DNA of 64,000 bases from an uncultured Spirochaetota bacterium (GTDB taxonomy: Bacteria; Spirochaetota; Spirochaetia; SZUA-6; Fen-1364), in contig CAWJSK010000015.1 in NCBI GenBank assembly GCA_963845535.1, positions 64,001 to 128,000 of the forward strand, given 5' to 3'. How positions within the stretch are numbered: the stretch's first letter is position 1; every line of letters starts with the position of its first letter. The notes beneath the pieces were generated by a model. The model made no database searches. It worked only from the letters and a program-made list of their open reading frames with translations, and was not told the DNA's origin. The translations under genes and the position numbers were made by a program. This document shows, piece by piece, positions 1 to 7,884 of this stretch.

Positions 1-165
1 GCCGGGATTTGCCACCAGGTAGCGGTCTTGAGACTTTGACCAGGCGAATACGCCGCTGCCGCAACTCAAAAGACACAACCCACAGTTTGTGCATTTCGAT
101 TCGTCGATCGTCGGATGCCAGACAAAGTTTGACCTTCCGACCCCATGCCATTGCTTTTCCGCCAT
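1..165 (-). CDS. 4Fe-4S ferredoxin-like protein (partial, runs off window start)
   Basis: Not in ORF track. My translation from ATG 165 (GGAGG RBS upstream) is MAEKQWHGVGRSNFVWHPTIDESKCTNCGLCLLSCGSGVFAW..., which contains CxxCxxCxxxC. Confidence 0.85.
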   Translation of the reverse strand, partial: MAEKQWHGVGRSNFVWHPTIDESKCTNCGLCLLSCGSGVFAWSKSQDRYLVANPG

Positions 166-222
166 CGCGGTTACCTCCGTTCGAGTGGTTTCCGTTCCTT
201 ACTTTGATGATTGAAAGGACGT

Positions 223-642
223 TCAAATCTTGCTGATCTGTCCCGATACAGGAATCGCCAGCCGCAGGGTCGAAACGACCGTGCTGTTTCGCTCGGCAAG
301 GCCGAGCAGCCTGCGAAGCTTTTCCTCGTCGACGTCGGTCCGGATCCGCATCTCAAAGCGAATCTCGGTGAGAGTCGGAGGCTTGTCCTGACGCACACCA
401 AAGACGTCCACCTCCACGTCGGACAGACGCACGCGGCTCAGCTCCGCCACCATGCTGAGGCTGCTGGTCAGGCAGGCGCCAACCGCGGAAAGAAGGGTCT
501 CGACGGCGTTGAAGCCAGCGGAAGCGTCCCCCCTGTGCGCGCCAAGCACCATGGAGAAGTCCCGCACCGTAGCGGCCGTCCGGATTCCGTCCGGCTGCCG
601 TGCGAGGTGTACCTGATAATGCTGTGTACCCATGGCTGCCAT
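223..642 (-). CDS. OsmC/Ohr family protein
   Basis: 'FNAVETLLSAVGACL' OsmC-type motif, 139 aa; second Cys absent (AERNSTV). Confidence 0.8.
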   Translation of the reverse strand: MAAMGTQHYQVHLARQPDGIRTAATVRDFSMVLGAHRGDASAGFNAVETLLSAVGACLTSSLSMVAELSRVRLSDVEVDVFGVRQDKPPTLTEIRFEMRIRTDVDEEKLRRLLGLAERNSTVVSTLRLAIPVSGQISKI

Positions 643-653
643 CTCTATCTTTC

Positions 654-767
654 TGGCTTAGTGGCAATATTGCCATGATAAAGATATTTCGTCAAGAGGC
701 TCTTGTAAAGATCGCAGAACCCCCATCACGCTGTCCTGAGTCGTGGCGTAAAGAATGCAGCATCAAG
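654..767 (-). promoter_or_regulatory. Promoter (TTGACG-17-CAATAT) with palindromic operator TGGCAATATTGCCA (662-675); copy 1 of a 114-bp direct repeat
   Basis: Perfect 14-bp palindrome over the -10; gapless match to 3297-3410. Confidence 0.75.
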
Positions 768-862
768 TCTGGGCTCAAGTTGACACCATAATGGTAGCTT
801 CGCGAGCCGTTGTTCGTAGCGGATTTCCAAAGCCGCATGTCGAAGCGGAAGGTGATTATATA

Positions 863-1879
863 TCAACTGACCGTCAACGCAGGAGTTATTCTTGCGCTGA
901 GCTTCCTGCACACCTCGTCGATGGCCGCGTCGTTCAGTGCGATCATGTGATCTGCAAGCGCCGTAAGACAGCTAAGATTTTTCCTTCCGGCGTCATCTAT
1001 CGCCAGCGAGCAGCCGCCGAGAGCTGCGTTGATGCGGATATAACGGACTCCGCTCATGCGACTGAGCTGATGGCTGACCGCTTCGCTTTGGCCCGCCGAC
1101 ATGATTGCACCGATCGGAAACCCTTTCGCCGGATTCACCCACTCCATGTAGCCCCATGAATATATGTCCCGATAGCGGTACCCATGTTGGTGATCTCCGG
1201 TGCCAATGGAAAGGATGAGAAACTCGGATTCCGTAGGGAATATCTTCGTCGACTCCACGTACGCAAGGCCAGACGGATTGTTCGCGAATACCGCTCCGTC
1301 GATCAGTGAGAATCTGATGTGCGGCGCGCCAACAGGACTGATCCGTGCGGGAGGAAAGTACGTCGGGGCGGCCGCGGACGCACGCGCAACGTCACGCATA
1401 TAGAAGTCTGGATCTGTCAGCCATTCGCCACGCGCGGGACGACGCTTCATGCAGTGCGGCTGCATCGCTTCCGTGTCGAAACTGGTTATGAGCAGGTTCG
1501 TCGCCGCGCTCTTCAGTGAAGCATCTCCGAAGATCTCCCGAAGGAACCGCTCAAACGGTCCAGGCGAGTATTTGTGACGAAATGCCTGCATGACGGCGTG
1601 GATCGCGCTGCGAAACGACGGTGGGAATATCTCAGTACCGCGGCGCGCATACAATTCGACGATTTCCGAAGCTGAGTAGCGCTCCGTTCCGTCTTCTTTG
1701 CGCAGTGCAATCGCAAGCGCGACAAGCGCTCCGCTGGAGGTTCCTGCGATGAGATCGAAGAGCTCTGAAAATGGCCGGCTTTCACCTGCCAGGTCCAGAC
1801 GGTGACGGATCTCCTGAAGGACCCGGGCAGGAAGGAGCCCCCGAATGCCTCCCCCGTCGATCGAAAGAATCGTGACCAT
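863..1879 (-). CDS. Patatin-like phospholipase
   Basis: DGGGIRG, GTSSG (GxSxG) and DGAVFANNP motifs. Confidence 0.92.
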   Translation of the reverse strand: MVTILSIDGGGIRGLLPARVLQEIRHRLDLAGESRPFSELFDLIAGTSSGALVALAIALRKEDGTERYSASEIVELYARRGTEIFPPSFRSAIHAVMQAFRHKYSPGPFERFLREIFGDASLKSAATNLLITSFDTEAMQPHCMKRRPARGEWLTDPDFYMRDVARASAAAPTYFPPARISPVGAPHIRFSLIDGAVFANNPSGLAYVESTKIFPTESEFLILSIGTGDHQHGYRYRDIYSWGYMEWVNPAKGFPIGAIMSAGQSEAVSHQLSRMSGVRYIRINAALGGCSLAIDDAGRKNLSCLTALADHMIALNDAAIDEVCRKLSARITPALTVS

Positions 1880-2124
1880 CGCCGGCTATTCCTTGAGGCT
1901 TACCACTTTGCGCTGAAAGCATATTTGATGCGCAGTCCCGCGGGTAGCGTTTGGAGTGGAAGTGTTGGTGAAAGTGCCGATGGCCTTCCTGTTTGTTCCC
2001 GCAAGATTGTCAACCACGAAGTATGCCGCGGGGACAATCACGCCCGCAGCGTACGAAGCCCTTGTGCAGAGCACAATGTCCTGGTTTGCAGAGTTGGAGT
2101 CGCTTTCCGGCTGAGCCTGGAATA

Positions 2125-3093
2125 TCAATCCAGGCTCCTCGCAAGCTCGAGCAAGTGCAGATCGAGCGGTTTCTTGTTTGCGACCACTTCGGAAAGGGGC
2201 GTGGGTTTGATTTCGCCTTTGATCAGGCCAACCAGAACGCCCACTTCGTCTCGTTCCAATTGATCGGTTGCCGCAGCGCCGAGCCGGCTGGCAAGAATCC
2301 GATCAAACGCCCCGGGGTTGCCTCCCCGCTGAACGTGGCCCAATCTTGTCGACCGGAGGTCAAAGCCAAGCCGCTCGTGGTGTTCGGTAAGATAGGCTGC
2401 GAGTTTATCTGCGTTATATTCAGATCCTTCCGCGACCACGATGATCGCATGGGGCTTTCCCTTTTTGTAGGCTGCTTCGATCCGTTCGGCAAGGATCTCG
2501 GGATCCGTCTTCACTTCAGGGATGACGACAGCCTCGGCGCCGCCCGCGATGGCAGTCATCAACGCCAGATAACCGCAATCTCTGCCCATGACCTCAAGAA
2601 TGAACGCCCGCTGGAGCGACGATGCAGTGTTCTTCAATCGGTCGAGAGCCTCCAAGGCTATATTGAGAGCAGTGTCCACTCCGATTGTCATCTCAGAACC
2701 GTACAGATCGTTGTCAATCGTAGAGGCGACGCCCACGACCGGGAAGTCCATTTGGGACAACGCATAGGATCCTGTCTGAGATCCATTACCACCGATGACC
2801 ACCAACCCTTCGATGTCATGTTCGCGCAGAATGCTCACCGCCTTCAGTTGGGCGGCTCTCGTCTTGAAGTCTGGACAGCGAGCACTTCCCAGGACGGTTC
2901 CTCCTCTTTGGATTATCCCGCCTACTTCGCGTGGACCGAGAGGGACAGCGTTCCCTGAGATCAGCCCTATGAATCCCTGCTCAAACCCGATGACTTCCCA
3001 GCCCCTGTTCAGACCTGTGCGCACAACAGCACGTATCGCGGCGTTCATGCCAGGCGCATCACCACCACTCGTCAATACCGCTATCCGTTTCAT
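2125..3093 (-). CDS. pfkA: 6-phosphofructokinase
   Basis: MKRIAVLTSGGDAPGMNAA, TIDND, EVMGR, LGHVQRGG; start moved to ATG 3093 after GGAGG. Confidence 0.95.
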   Translation of the reverse strand: MKRIAVLTSGGDAPGMNAAIRAVVRTGLNRGWEVIGFEQGFIGLISGNAVPLGPREVGGIIQRGGTVLGSARCPDFKTRAAQLKAVSILREHDIEGLVVIGGNGSQTGSYALSQMDFPVVGVASTIDNDLYGSEMTIGVDTALNIALEALDRLKNTASSLQRAFILEVMGRDCGYLALMTAIAGGAEAVVIPEVKTDPEILAERIEAAYKKGKPHAIIVVAEGSEYNADKLAAYLTEHHERLGFDLRSTRLGHVQRGGNPGAFDRILASRLGAAATDQLERDEVGVLVGLIKGEIKPTPLSEVVANKKPLDLHLLELARSLD

Positions 3094-3296
3094 AATGACA
3101 TCCTCCACAGTTGCGCTGCATGGCGCGGTCTTCTGAAGAATCCATGCATACCCGTCGGATATTGGACTGCCAGCGCGCCAAGCGAAAGCCACCCAGCGGA
3201 AATCAGGGCCTTGGTCTTTCCAATTCCGTCCCGATTCCGTCGGGTTGGCTTGCGACGTGGACCCGATATTCCTTGTATGCCTATAACAGTCACTCT

Positions 3297-3410
3297 TGGC
3301 TTAATGGCAATATTGCCATAATAGGGAAGATATGTCAAGAGACTCTTGCAGATACCGCAGGAAACCCCGCATGCAATCCTGAGTCGCGGCGCGAAGAATG
3401 CAGCATCGAG
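3297..3410 (-). promoter_or_regulatory. Promoter (TTGACA-17-CAATAT) with operator ATGGCAATATTGCCAT (3304-3319); copy 2 of the 114-bp repeat
   Basis: Perfect 16-bp palindrome; about 77% identical to 654-767 by hand count. Confidence 0.75.
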
Positions 3411-3431
3411 CTACTTTTCCACGTGTGCCCA

Positions 3432-4745
3432 TCAACTGCCTGCGAATATGCCATAGAGCAGATACACATTGAGCGCGATGATTATGGCAGTGATCAGGAC
3501 TATCAGGATTCTTGTTGCGGCTCTGTTCACCAGAGCCCCCATGAGGTCCTTCCTGCCGGTAAATATCACAAGGGGAATGAGTGCTAAAGGCAGAGAGAAG
3601 CTCAGCACCACCTGGCTGATAACCAGACTCCGTGTGGGATCAAGATTGGTCAGGATGATCACAAATGAAGGCACCATTGTGATCAGACGCCGAAGCCATA
3701 TGGGTATCCGCCGATTCAGGAACCCCTTGAGTATGATCTGGCCTGCCTGGGTCACCACCGTGGCCGAGGATAACCCGGAGGCGCACAAAGAAACCGCGAA
3801 AACCCATGTAGCTGCCTGACCCAGGAGAGGCTGAAGTGTCTTGTAGGCTTGTTCCAGTGTTCCTACGTTTTCTATTCCATGCTGGTAGAAGGTACTTGCA
3901 GCCATCACAAGCATGGCCATATTCACGAGGCTTGCTACTCCCATAGCCACACTCACATCTACGATCTCGAACCGAAACAGTCGTTTCTTCTGGATATCCC
4001 CACGTGGAACCACGCGGTCCTGTGTGAGCGCAGAATGGAGGATGATTGCATAAGGAGTCACCGTAGCTCCAATAATCCCGGCAGCAAGCACAATACTTTG
4101 GCCGCTTTGAAGTTGGGGAATGATCGCGTGAGTGAGAACTGCACGCCAAGGCGGCTTCACAAACAGGATCTCGATGACATAGCATATTGAGATGATCCCG
4201 ACGAGGGTGGTTATCGTCGTTTCCAGCGAGCGAAATCCAAAACGTTCAAGACCAAGTATCAGGAAAGCGGCCACTCCAGTCAGAAGACCTGCCGACCAGA
4301 GAGGCATTCCGAACAAAAGATTGAAGCCGACTGTTGCGCCAATGAACCCTGTGAGGTCCGATGCCATGGCACCCACTTCCATCGCGATCCAAAGACCAAA
4401 TGAGATAGGTCTCGGGAATTGATCAGCGCAGTGCTCTGCGAGATTTTTCCGCGACGCGATCCCCAGCTTCGCAGCGAGAGCCTGGACGAAAGAGGCCATG
4501 ACATTGCTCCCAAGTACCACCCAGAGAAGGAGGTAGCCGTCTTGCGCTCCGGATTGGATGTTCGTGGCGAAATTGCCTGGATCAATGTAGGCTATACTCG
4601 CAATGAATGCTGGGCCCAGAAAGGGGAGAACTCTTCGAAAAAAGACTCTGCGGCTGCGGCCCTCCAGGACTTCGTTTGCGGCCCTTGCAGTTCCGGCGGA
4701 CATCGAAGACAAAGGCACTCTGGCAAACCAGTTCTTGAGGCGCAT
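3432..4745 (-). CDS. Nramp/SLC11 family metal transporter with variant TM6 (start uncertain, 4745-4805)
   Basis: IAYIDPGNFATN TM1 motif, LVISQVVLSF, multiple TM helices; TM6 reads GATVTPY instead of GATVMPH. Confidence 0.92.
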   Translation of the reverse strand: MRLKNWFARVPLSSMSAGTARAANEVLEGRSRRVFFRRVLPFLGPAFIASIAYIDPGNFATNIQSGAQDGYLLLWVVLGSNVMASFVQALAAKLGIASRKNLAEHCADQFPRPISFGLWIAMEVGAMASDLTGFIGATVGFNLLFGMPLWSAGLLTGVAAFLILGLERFGFRSLETTITTLVGIISICYVIEILFVKPPWRAVLTHAIIPQLQSGQSIVLAAGIIGATVTPYAIILHSALTQDRVVPRGDIQKKRLFRFEIVDVSVAMGVASLVNMAMLVMAASTFYQHGIENVGTLEQAYKTLQPLLGQAATWVFAVSLCASGLSSATVVTQAGQIILKGFLNRRIPIWLRRLITMVPSFVIILTNLDPTRSLVISQVVLSFSLPLALIPLVIFTGRKDLMGALVNRAATRILIVLITAIIIALNVYLLYGIFAGS

Positions 4746-4847
4746 CCGCTTGCAAACTGTAGCGAATTCTGCACAAAAAGACGACGCAATCCGGAGTCGA
4801 GTCAATAAGTTGTTGCCTACCCACGGGCCGTTCCCGAGGGAGCCGAA

Positions 4848-5807
4848 CTAACGGAGCAGCCCCTGGATGATCATTTCGGTTGCCGCCTCCTCGTCCAGAC
4901 CGCGCGCAAGAAGGGTCTGAAGCTGCCGGGAGTCCACGCTGCCGATTGCCGCCTCGTGAGTGACGTGCGCGCGGGCATTATTGACCCGGACTATCGGAAT
5001 GGCCGAGGCTTTTCCCTTTCCGTGCAGGATTTCCTTGCAATCCACGTGGCCCCGAGATTCCGGGGCGTTCGCTTCAATTTCGTTGACGATTTCGGCCTGC
5101 GCATCGTCCATCAGGGCAAGATGCGAGGTGAGAACAGCGCGGGATTCCGCCCCATTCAGGATGGCCGCCTCGTGGACGCGGATGCGGTCCTCTCCTCTGC
5201 CAAACACGCTCACCTTCATTTCCGCTACCGACTGGAAACCGCAATCCACCCCGTAATCGATATCCACCTCTCCGGCCCGGCCCGATGTGAGCTGGAAGTC
5301 CGAGCTGAAGCGAGCCCCGTCGCGCAGGCGTACCCGCGTCTTGGGGACCACGACAACACCTCCGGCTGGGCCATGCATATGTCGTTCCGAGTAGACGAGC
5401 TCAGCGCCCTTTTCGATTGTGACGCCTGCGTCCATGACGTGGCGGACCGCTACGGCGTTGGGAAAGGTGCAGCTTGCTACGAACGTGGCCCGCGCGTTCT
5501 CCTCGATGTGGGTTTCGAGGGTGATGTGTTGAAGCCCCTTCGTCGGCACCATGCCGAAACAGAACTGCACCGGCTGCTCGAGGATGGTCCCCGCCGTGAC
5601 GCGGATTTTCACTTTCACCCCGTCTGCCTGTTCCTCAGATTCTACGAGAAGCCCGGGAACCAGGACGGAGCGCAGCACCCGATTGCCGTGGATCTCCACG
5701 TGTGCTACGCCGGGCGCGAAGGAGTGTCGGCCGATCGAGTCCAGAAGCTCCCGCAGAAGCCGCGTGGATTCCAAGACGGCCGCGCTGCCGTTGCCGGCTG
5801 CGTTCAT
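4848..5807 (-). CDS. SufB/SufD-family Fe-S scaffold, minimal SUF type (SmsB-like)
   Basis: CTFPNA, RGHVDCKEI, AHVTHEAAIGSVD..QLQTLLARGL; ATG overlaps the sufC stop (ATGA). Confidence 0.88.
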   Translation of the reverse strand: MNAAGNGSAAVLESTRLLRELLDSIGRHSFAPGVAHVEIHGNRVLRSVLVPGLLVESEEQADGVKVKIRVTAGTILEQPVQFCFGMVPTKGLQHITLETHIEENARATFVASCTFPNAVAVRHVMDAGVTIEKGAELVYSERHMHGPAGGVVVVPKTRVRLRDGARFSSDFQLTSGRAGEVDIDYGVDCGFQSVAEMKVSVFGRGEDRIRVHEAAILNGAESRAVLTSHLALMDDAQAEIVNEIEANAPESRGHVDCKEILHGKGKASAIPIVRVNNARAHVTHEAAIGSVDSRQLQTLLARGLDEEAATEMIIQGLLR

Positions 5808-6568
5808 GAGGCTGCTCCCACGGCATTCTGGTCCGGCACATTCACATGCTTGCAGGGCAGGCACGTGCCCTCGAAATAGGGGATGATCCTGTCTGCCGTT
5901 CCCTTTTCGATCAGTCGGCCGGAGCAGAGCAGAAATGCGTGGTCCGCGTGCCTGAGGACAGAAAGGCTGTGCGTGATCAGGATGACGGTGGTTCCTTCTT
6001 CCCGAAGCCTCTTGATGGCTTCCAGAATGAAGTGCATGGCGTCCATATCCACGCCGGAATCGGGTTCGTCCATCATGACGATCCTTGGCTTCATGGCAAG
6101 GATGGAGGCAAGCTCGATCCTCTTGCGTTCGCCCCCGGAGAGAGTGCGGTCGACCGCGCGTCTGGCGTAGAGATCGGGGTCGAGCCCGACCATGGCCAAA
6201 GACTCCCGCATCGTTCCTTCGCTCTTTTCGGGAGCTCCTGCGAGGACAAACTCCGCCACCCCGAGCCCTTCGAACCGGGCCGGCTCCTGCCAGGCCAGCG
6301 TCAGGCCTCGTCGAGCACGCTCCTGGATGGGAAGATCGCGAATCGACGTTCCATCCAGGAGGATGTCACCTGAGGTCACATGGTAGCCTGGCAACCCCAT
6401 GATGGCGTGGGCCAACGTGCTCTTTCCCGCTCCGTTCGGCCCCACAATCGCATGAACGTATCCTCGCCAGACATCCAGGGTGACCCGGTGGAGCAGGGTC
6501 TTGCCGCCGGCCTGGACGCACAGGTTCTCCACGGACAGGACTTCTTTTCGCTCCTGACCAGAGCTCAT
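5804..6568 (-). CDS. SufC-like ABC ATPase (SmsC-like)
   Basis: GPNGAGKST, LSGGERKRIELA, DEPDSGVD; C-terminal Cx20CxxC. Confidence 0.9.
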   Translation of the reverse strand: MSSGQERKEVLSVENLCVQAGGKTLLHRVTLDVWRGYVHAIVGPNGAGKSTLAHAIMGLPGYHVTSGDILLDGTSIRDLPIQERARRGLTLAWQEPARFEGLGVAEFVLAGAPEKSEGTMRESLAMVGLDPDLYARRAVDRTLSGGERKRIELASILAMKPRIVMMDEPDSGVDMDAMHFILEAIKRLREEGTTVILITHSLSVLRHADHAFLLCSGRLIEKGTADRIIPYFEGTCLPCKHVNVPDQNAVGAAS

Positions 6569-6575
6569 GCTTTGC

Positions 6576-6788
6576 CTATCCGCAACATCCCGGCCCCGCT
6601 TTTGGCCCGCAGGTAGAACCGCTGTCGCTGCGGCGTAAAAGCAATATACCTGAGCTCAGGAGCTGACGCGTGCCCTTCCTGTGGCATTGCGGGCACTCAG
6701 GGTCGAGTCCCAGCTCCTTTTCTCGGAAGGTTGCCCGCACTTCGAAAACGCTCTTACAGTGCTGGCATTGATAGTCGTACAAAGGCAT
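6576..6788 (-). CDS. FmdB-family zinc ribbon protein with Cys-rich tail
   Basis: MPLYDYQCQHC...CPQC...LLSS; ends STCGPKAGPGCCG. Confidence 0.88.
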   Translation of the reverse strand: MPLYDYQCQHCKSVFEVRATFREKELGLDPECPQCHRKGTRQLLSSGILLLRRSDSGSTCGPKAGPGCCG

Positions 6789-6802
6789 TGTGACCTCCCT
6801 CC

Positions 6803-7177
6803 TCAGCAGGTGGAATGCTTGGCAAGGGATGCGAAGTTGATCCCGAGGAGCTCCGTGATTTCTGTGTTGATTTCCCGCAGGAAATAGATTGCTCCCTGTT
6901 GGGACCCGGCGTATTCCATGACAGCCGGGTCATCCTGCGCCTTGCCCTGAAGCTCCCGCAAGGTATCGATGTCTGGCTGGGTCACGTCTCCGTTGGCCTG
7001 CCGCTGGCGCATCCTGGCCTGCGCTTCCGAGAGCCGATCCAAAAGACCCCGGGCGTCTGGATCCGCATCGAGGCGGGAACGAGCCTTTTCGTACCGAAGG
7101 AAGGGTCCGGAAGCCAGCAGGCTGTCACACAAGGATTGAGCGGCCGTCTGAAGGGCGGAAGGGATTTCAGTCTGCAT
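6803..7177 (-). CDS. YlbF/YmcA (Com_YlbF)-like protein
   Basis: Helical; 'AAQSLCDSLLASGPFLRYEKARSRLDAD' and 'AVMEYAGSQ...INTEITELLG' fit the YlbF pattern; start after GGAGG. Confidence 0.72.
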   Translation of the reverse strand: MQTEIPSALQTAAQSLCDSLLASGPFLRYEKARSRLDADPDARGLLDRLSEAQARMRQRQANGDVTQPDIDTLRELQGKAQDDPAVMEYAGSQQGAIYFLREINTEITELLGINFASLAKHSTC

Positions 7178-7188
7178 CTCTGTGCCTC

Positions 7189-7569
7189 CTACCCGCAGCA
7201 GCTTGCGCCGCATGAGGCGGCATAGTCCAGCCCAATGGACCCGGACACCATGTCGCCCAACCTTTGGCACAGCCCTGCCAGTTCCGACTGCGCCTTGGAA
7301 TACTCCACGACAGACGGAAGAGTGACAAACGCCTGATGCAGCGCATCAAGATCCGCCCGCTGTTCGGCGGTCGCTTCCTTGAGCATGAGAAGCACGCGCA
7401 GGGACTGCTCTTTCTGCTGGTAGGCCTGCATCGCCTCCTGCGCCGTTCGATCCTGCCGGAACTGTTCCTCGGCCTGCTCGAACGCCTTGAATTGCGGCGT
7501 TTCAGCCAGAGAAGCAGCGAAGCCGTGAGCGGCACGCTTGACCGTCTCGAGAGTGGCAGTTTCTTCCAT
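7189..7569 (-). CDS. YlbF/YmcA-like protein with CxxxCCG tail
   Basis: 'AHGFAASLAETPQFKAFEQAEEQFRQD' and 'VVEYSKAQSEL'; ends ASCGASCCG. Confidence 0.75.
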   Translation of the reverse strand: MEETATLETVKRAAHGFAASLAETPQFKAFEQAEEQFRQDRTAQEAMQAYQQKEQSLRVLLMLKEATAEQRADLDALHQAFVTLPSVVEYSKAQSELAGLCQRLGDMVSGSIGLDYAASCGASCCG

Positions 7570-7587
7570 ATTACGAAACTCCTTTCT

Positions 7588-7884
7588 TTACGTACGATTC
7601 CCGCTCAAGAGGGCTTCAATCGCACGCCGTATGGCTGGCACGGAAATCTTCCCGCCGCTGCTGACCACGTCGCCCTCAGCCAACACCAGCGGTAGCTCAG
7701 CATCGACGGGCATGGGCGGGCAGTCAGCGTCGAAAAGGTCATGGTACTTCACCTGCACCGCATCTTCGAAGCGTGCTTTCAACTGACCCTGTGCCCAACG
7801 CGCCACTTCGCGCCAGCTTTCCTTCACGCCCTCCTTGCAGGCTACAGGCGCCCCGATGATCTGGATGAGAACGGAGCCTCTCAC
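7588..7884 (-). CDS. Small thioredoxin-fold protein, YuzD/DUF1462-like
   Basis: IIGAPVAC...W...LKARFEDAVQVKYHDL...LPLVLAEGDVVSSG; GTG overlaps the arsA stop. Confidence 0.55.
   Translation of the reverse strand: MRGSVLIQIIGAPVACKEGVKESWREVARWAQGQLKARFEDAVQVKYHDLFDADCPPMPVDAELPLVLAEGDVVSSGGKISVPAIRRAIEALLSGNRT

Noticed and set aside
863..1879. Patatin as a CBASS CapV effector
   Set aside because: No CD-NTase, Cap2/Cap3 or other defence gene nearby; it looks like a stand-alone patatin.
1886..2128. 80-aa ORF between pfkA and patatin
   Set aside because: No motif or clear RBS. It fits the gap, but I cannot support it as a gene.
3094..3296. Riboswitch (e.g. yybP-ykoY) in the ~200-nt pfkA leader
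   Set aside because: No recognisable aptamer consensus by eye; an Rfam scan would be needed.
6660..6808. Selenocysteine read-through at TGC-TGA ending the second YlbF-like gene
   Set aside because: The TGA is followed directly by the next gene's GGAGG RBS, no SECIS-like hairpin is evident, and read-through would overlap FmdB by about 130 nt.
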